Shown piece after piece: positions 63,915-64,000 of a DNA stretch of 64,000 bases. The number at the start of each line of letters is the position of its first letter. Positions within the stretch are counted from its first letter, which is position 1. The translations under genes and the position numbers were made by a program. This DNA comes from Mycobacteriales bacterium (lineage in GTDB: Bacteria > Actinomycetota > Actinomycetes > Mycobacteriales > QHCE01). The stretch is from contig JABFVL010000032.1 in assembly GCA_013362805.1 (NCBI GenBank), forward strand, positions 22,050 to 86,049, read 5' to 3'. Below the pieces are notes generated by a model. That model saw only the letters and a program-made list of their open reading frames with translations. It searched no databases and had not been told where the DNA came from.

Positions 63915-64000
63915 ATGTCGCAACAACGACGTCGCTGGATAGGAATCGCTGCCGCTGGAGCGGCCGGTCTTGCGTTCGCGCTGGCCCCGGTTGTTCCAGC
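63915..64000 (+). CDS. start of a probable secreted protein, truncated by the window edge
   Basis: MSQQRRRWIGIAAAGAAGLAFALAP signal-peptide-like N-terminus. Confidence 0.5.
   Translation, partial: MSQQRRRWIGIAAAGAAGLAFALAPVVP

Overview
A 64-kb chromosomal window from an actinobacterium, inferred from Lsr2, CarD, SepH, DUF3027, DUF397, an actinobacterial SOS box and many leaderless genes. It is mostly conserved core genome: panC-panD-nadB-nadC-coaX-lysS-lsr2-clpC; mutY-disA-radA-carD-ispDF; cysS-rlmB-tRNA-Thr; cspA-groEL2 with two CIRCE boxes; glpD; and an XPB helicase region matching the gene order of M. tuberculosis Rv0861c-Rv0889c (through serC and citA). I found no integrase, transposase, CRISPR array or rRNA. 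The strongest novelty candidate is an accessory module at 42.8-45.1 kb. It has an Xre/DUF5753-DUF397 pair, an AT-rich operator-like spacer, and a ~260-nt run of about seven back-to-back hairpins, several with CCC loops; the last hairpin hides a Shine-Dalgarno site. Directly downstream is a Prim-Pol-family gene that keeps its Zn-binding motif but has lost the catalytic acidic residues. Other notable items: a perfect (GGTGCGGT)x11 tract in the mutY promoter, a perfect LexA box inside the promoter of a LacI regulator, a very divergent orphan SigB/F-like sigma factor, two paralogous tandem PqqD/RRE-like proteins, a K+ channel with a degenerate filter, and several orphan ORFs. All family calls come from motif recognition by eye, not from database searches.
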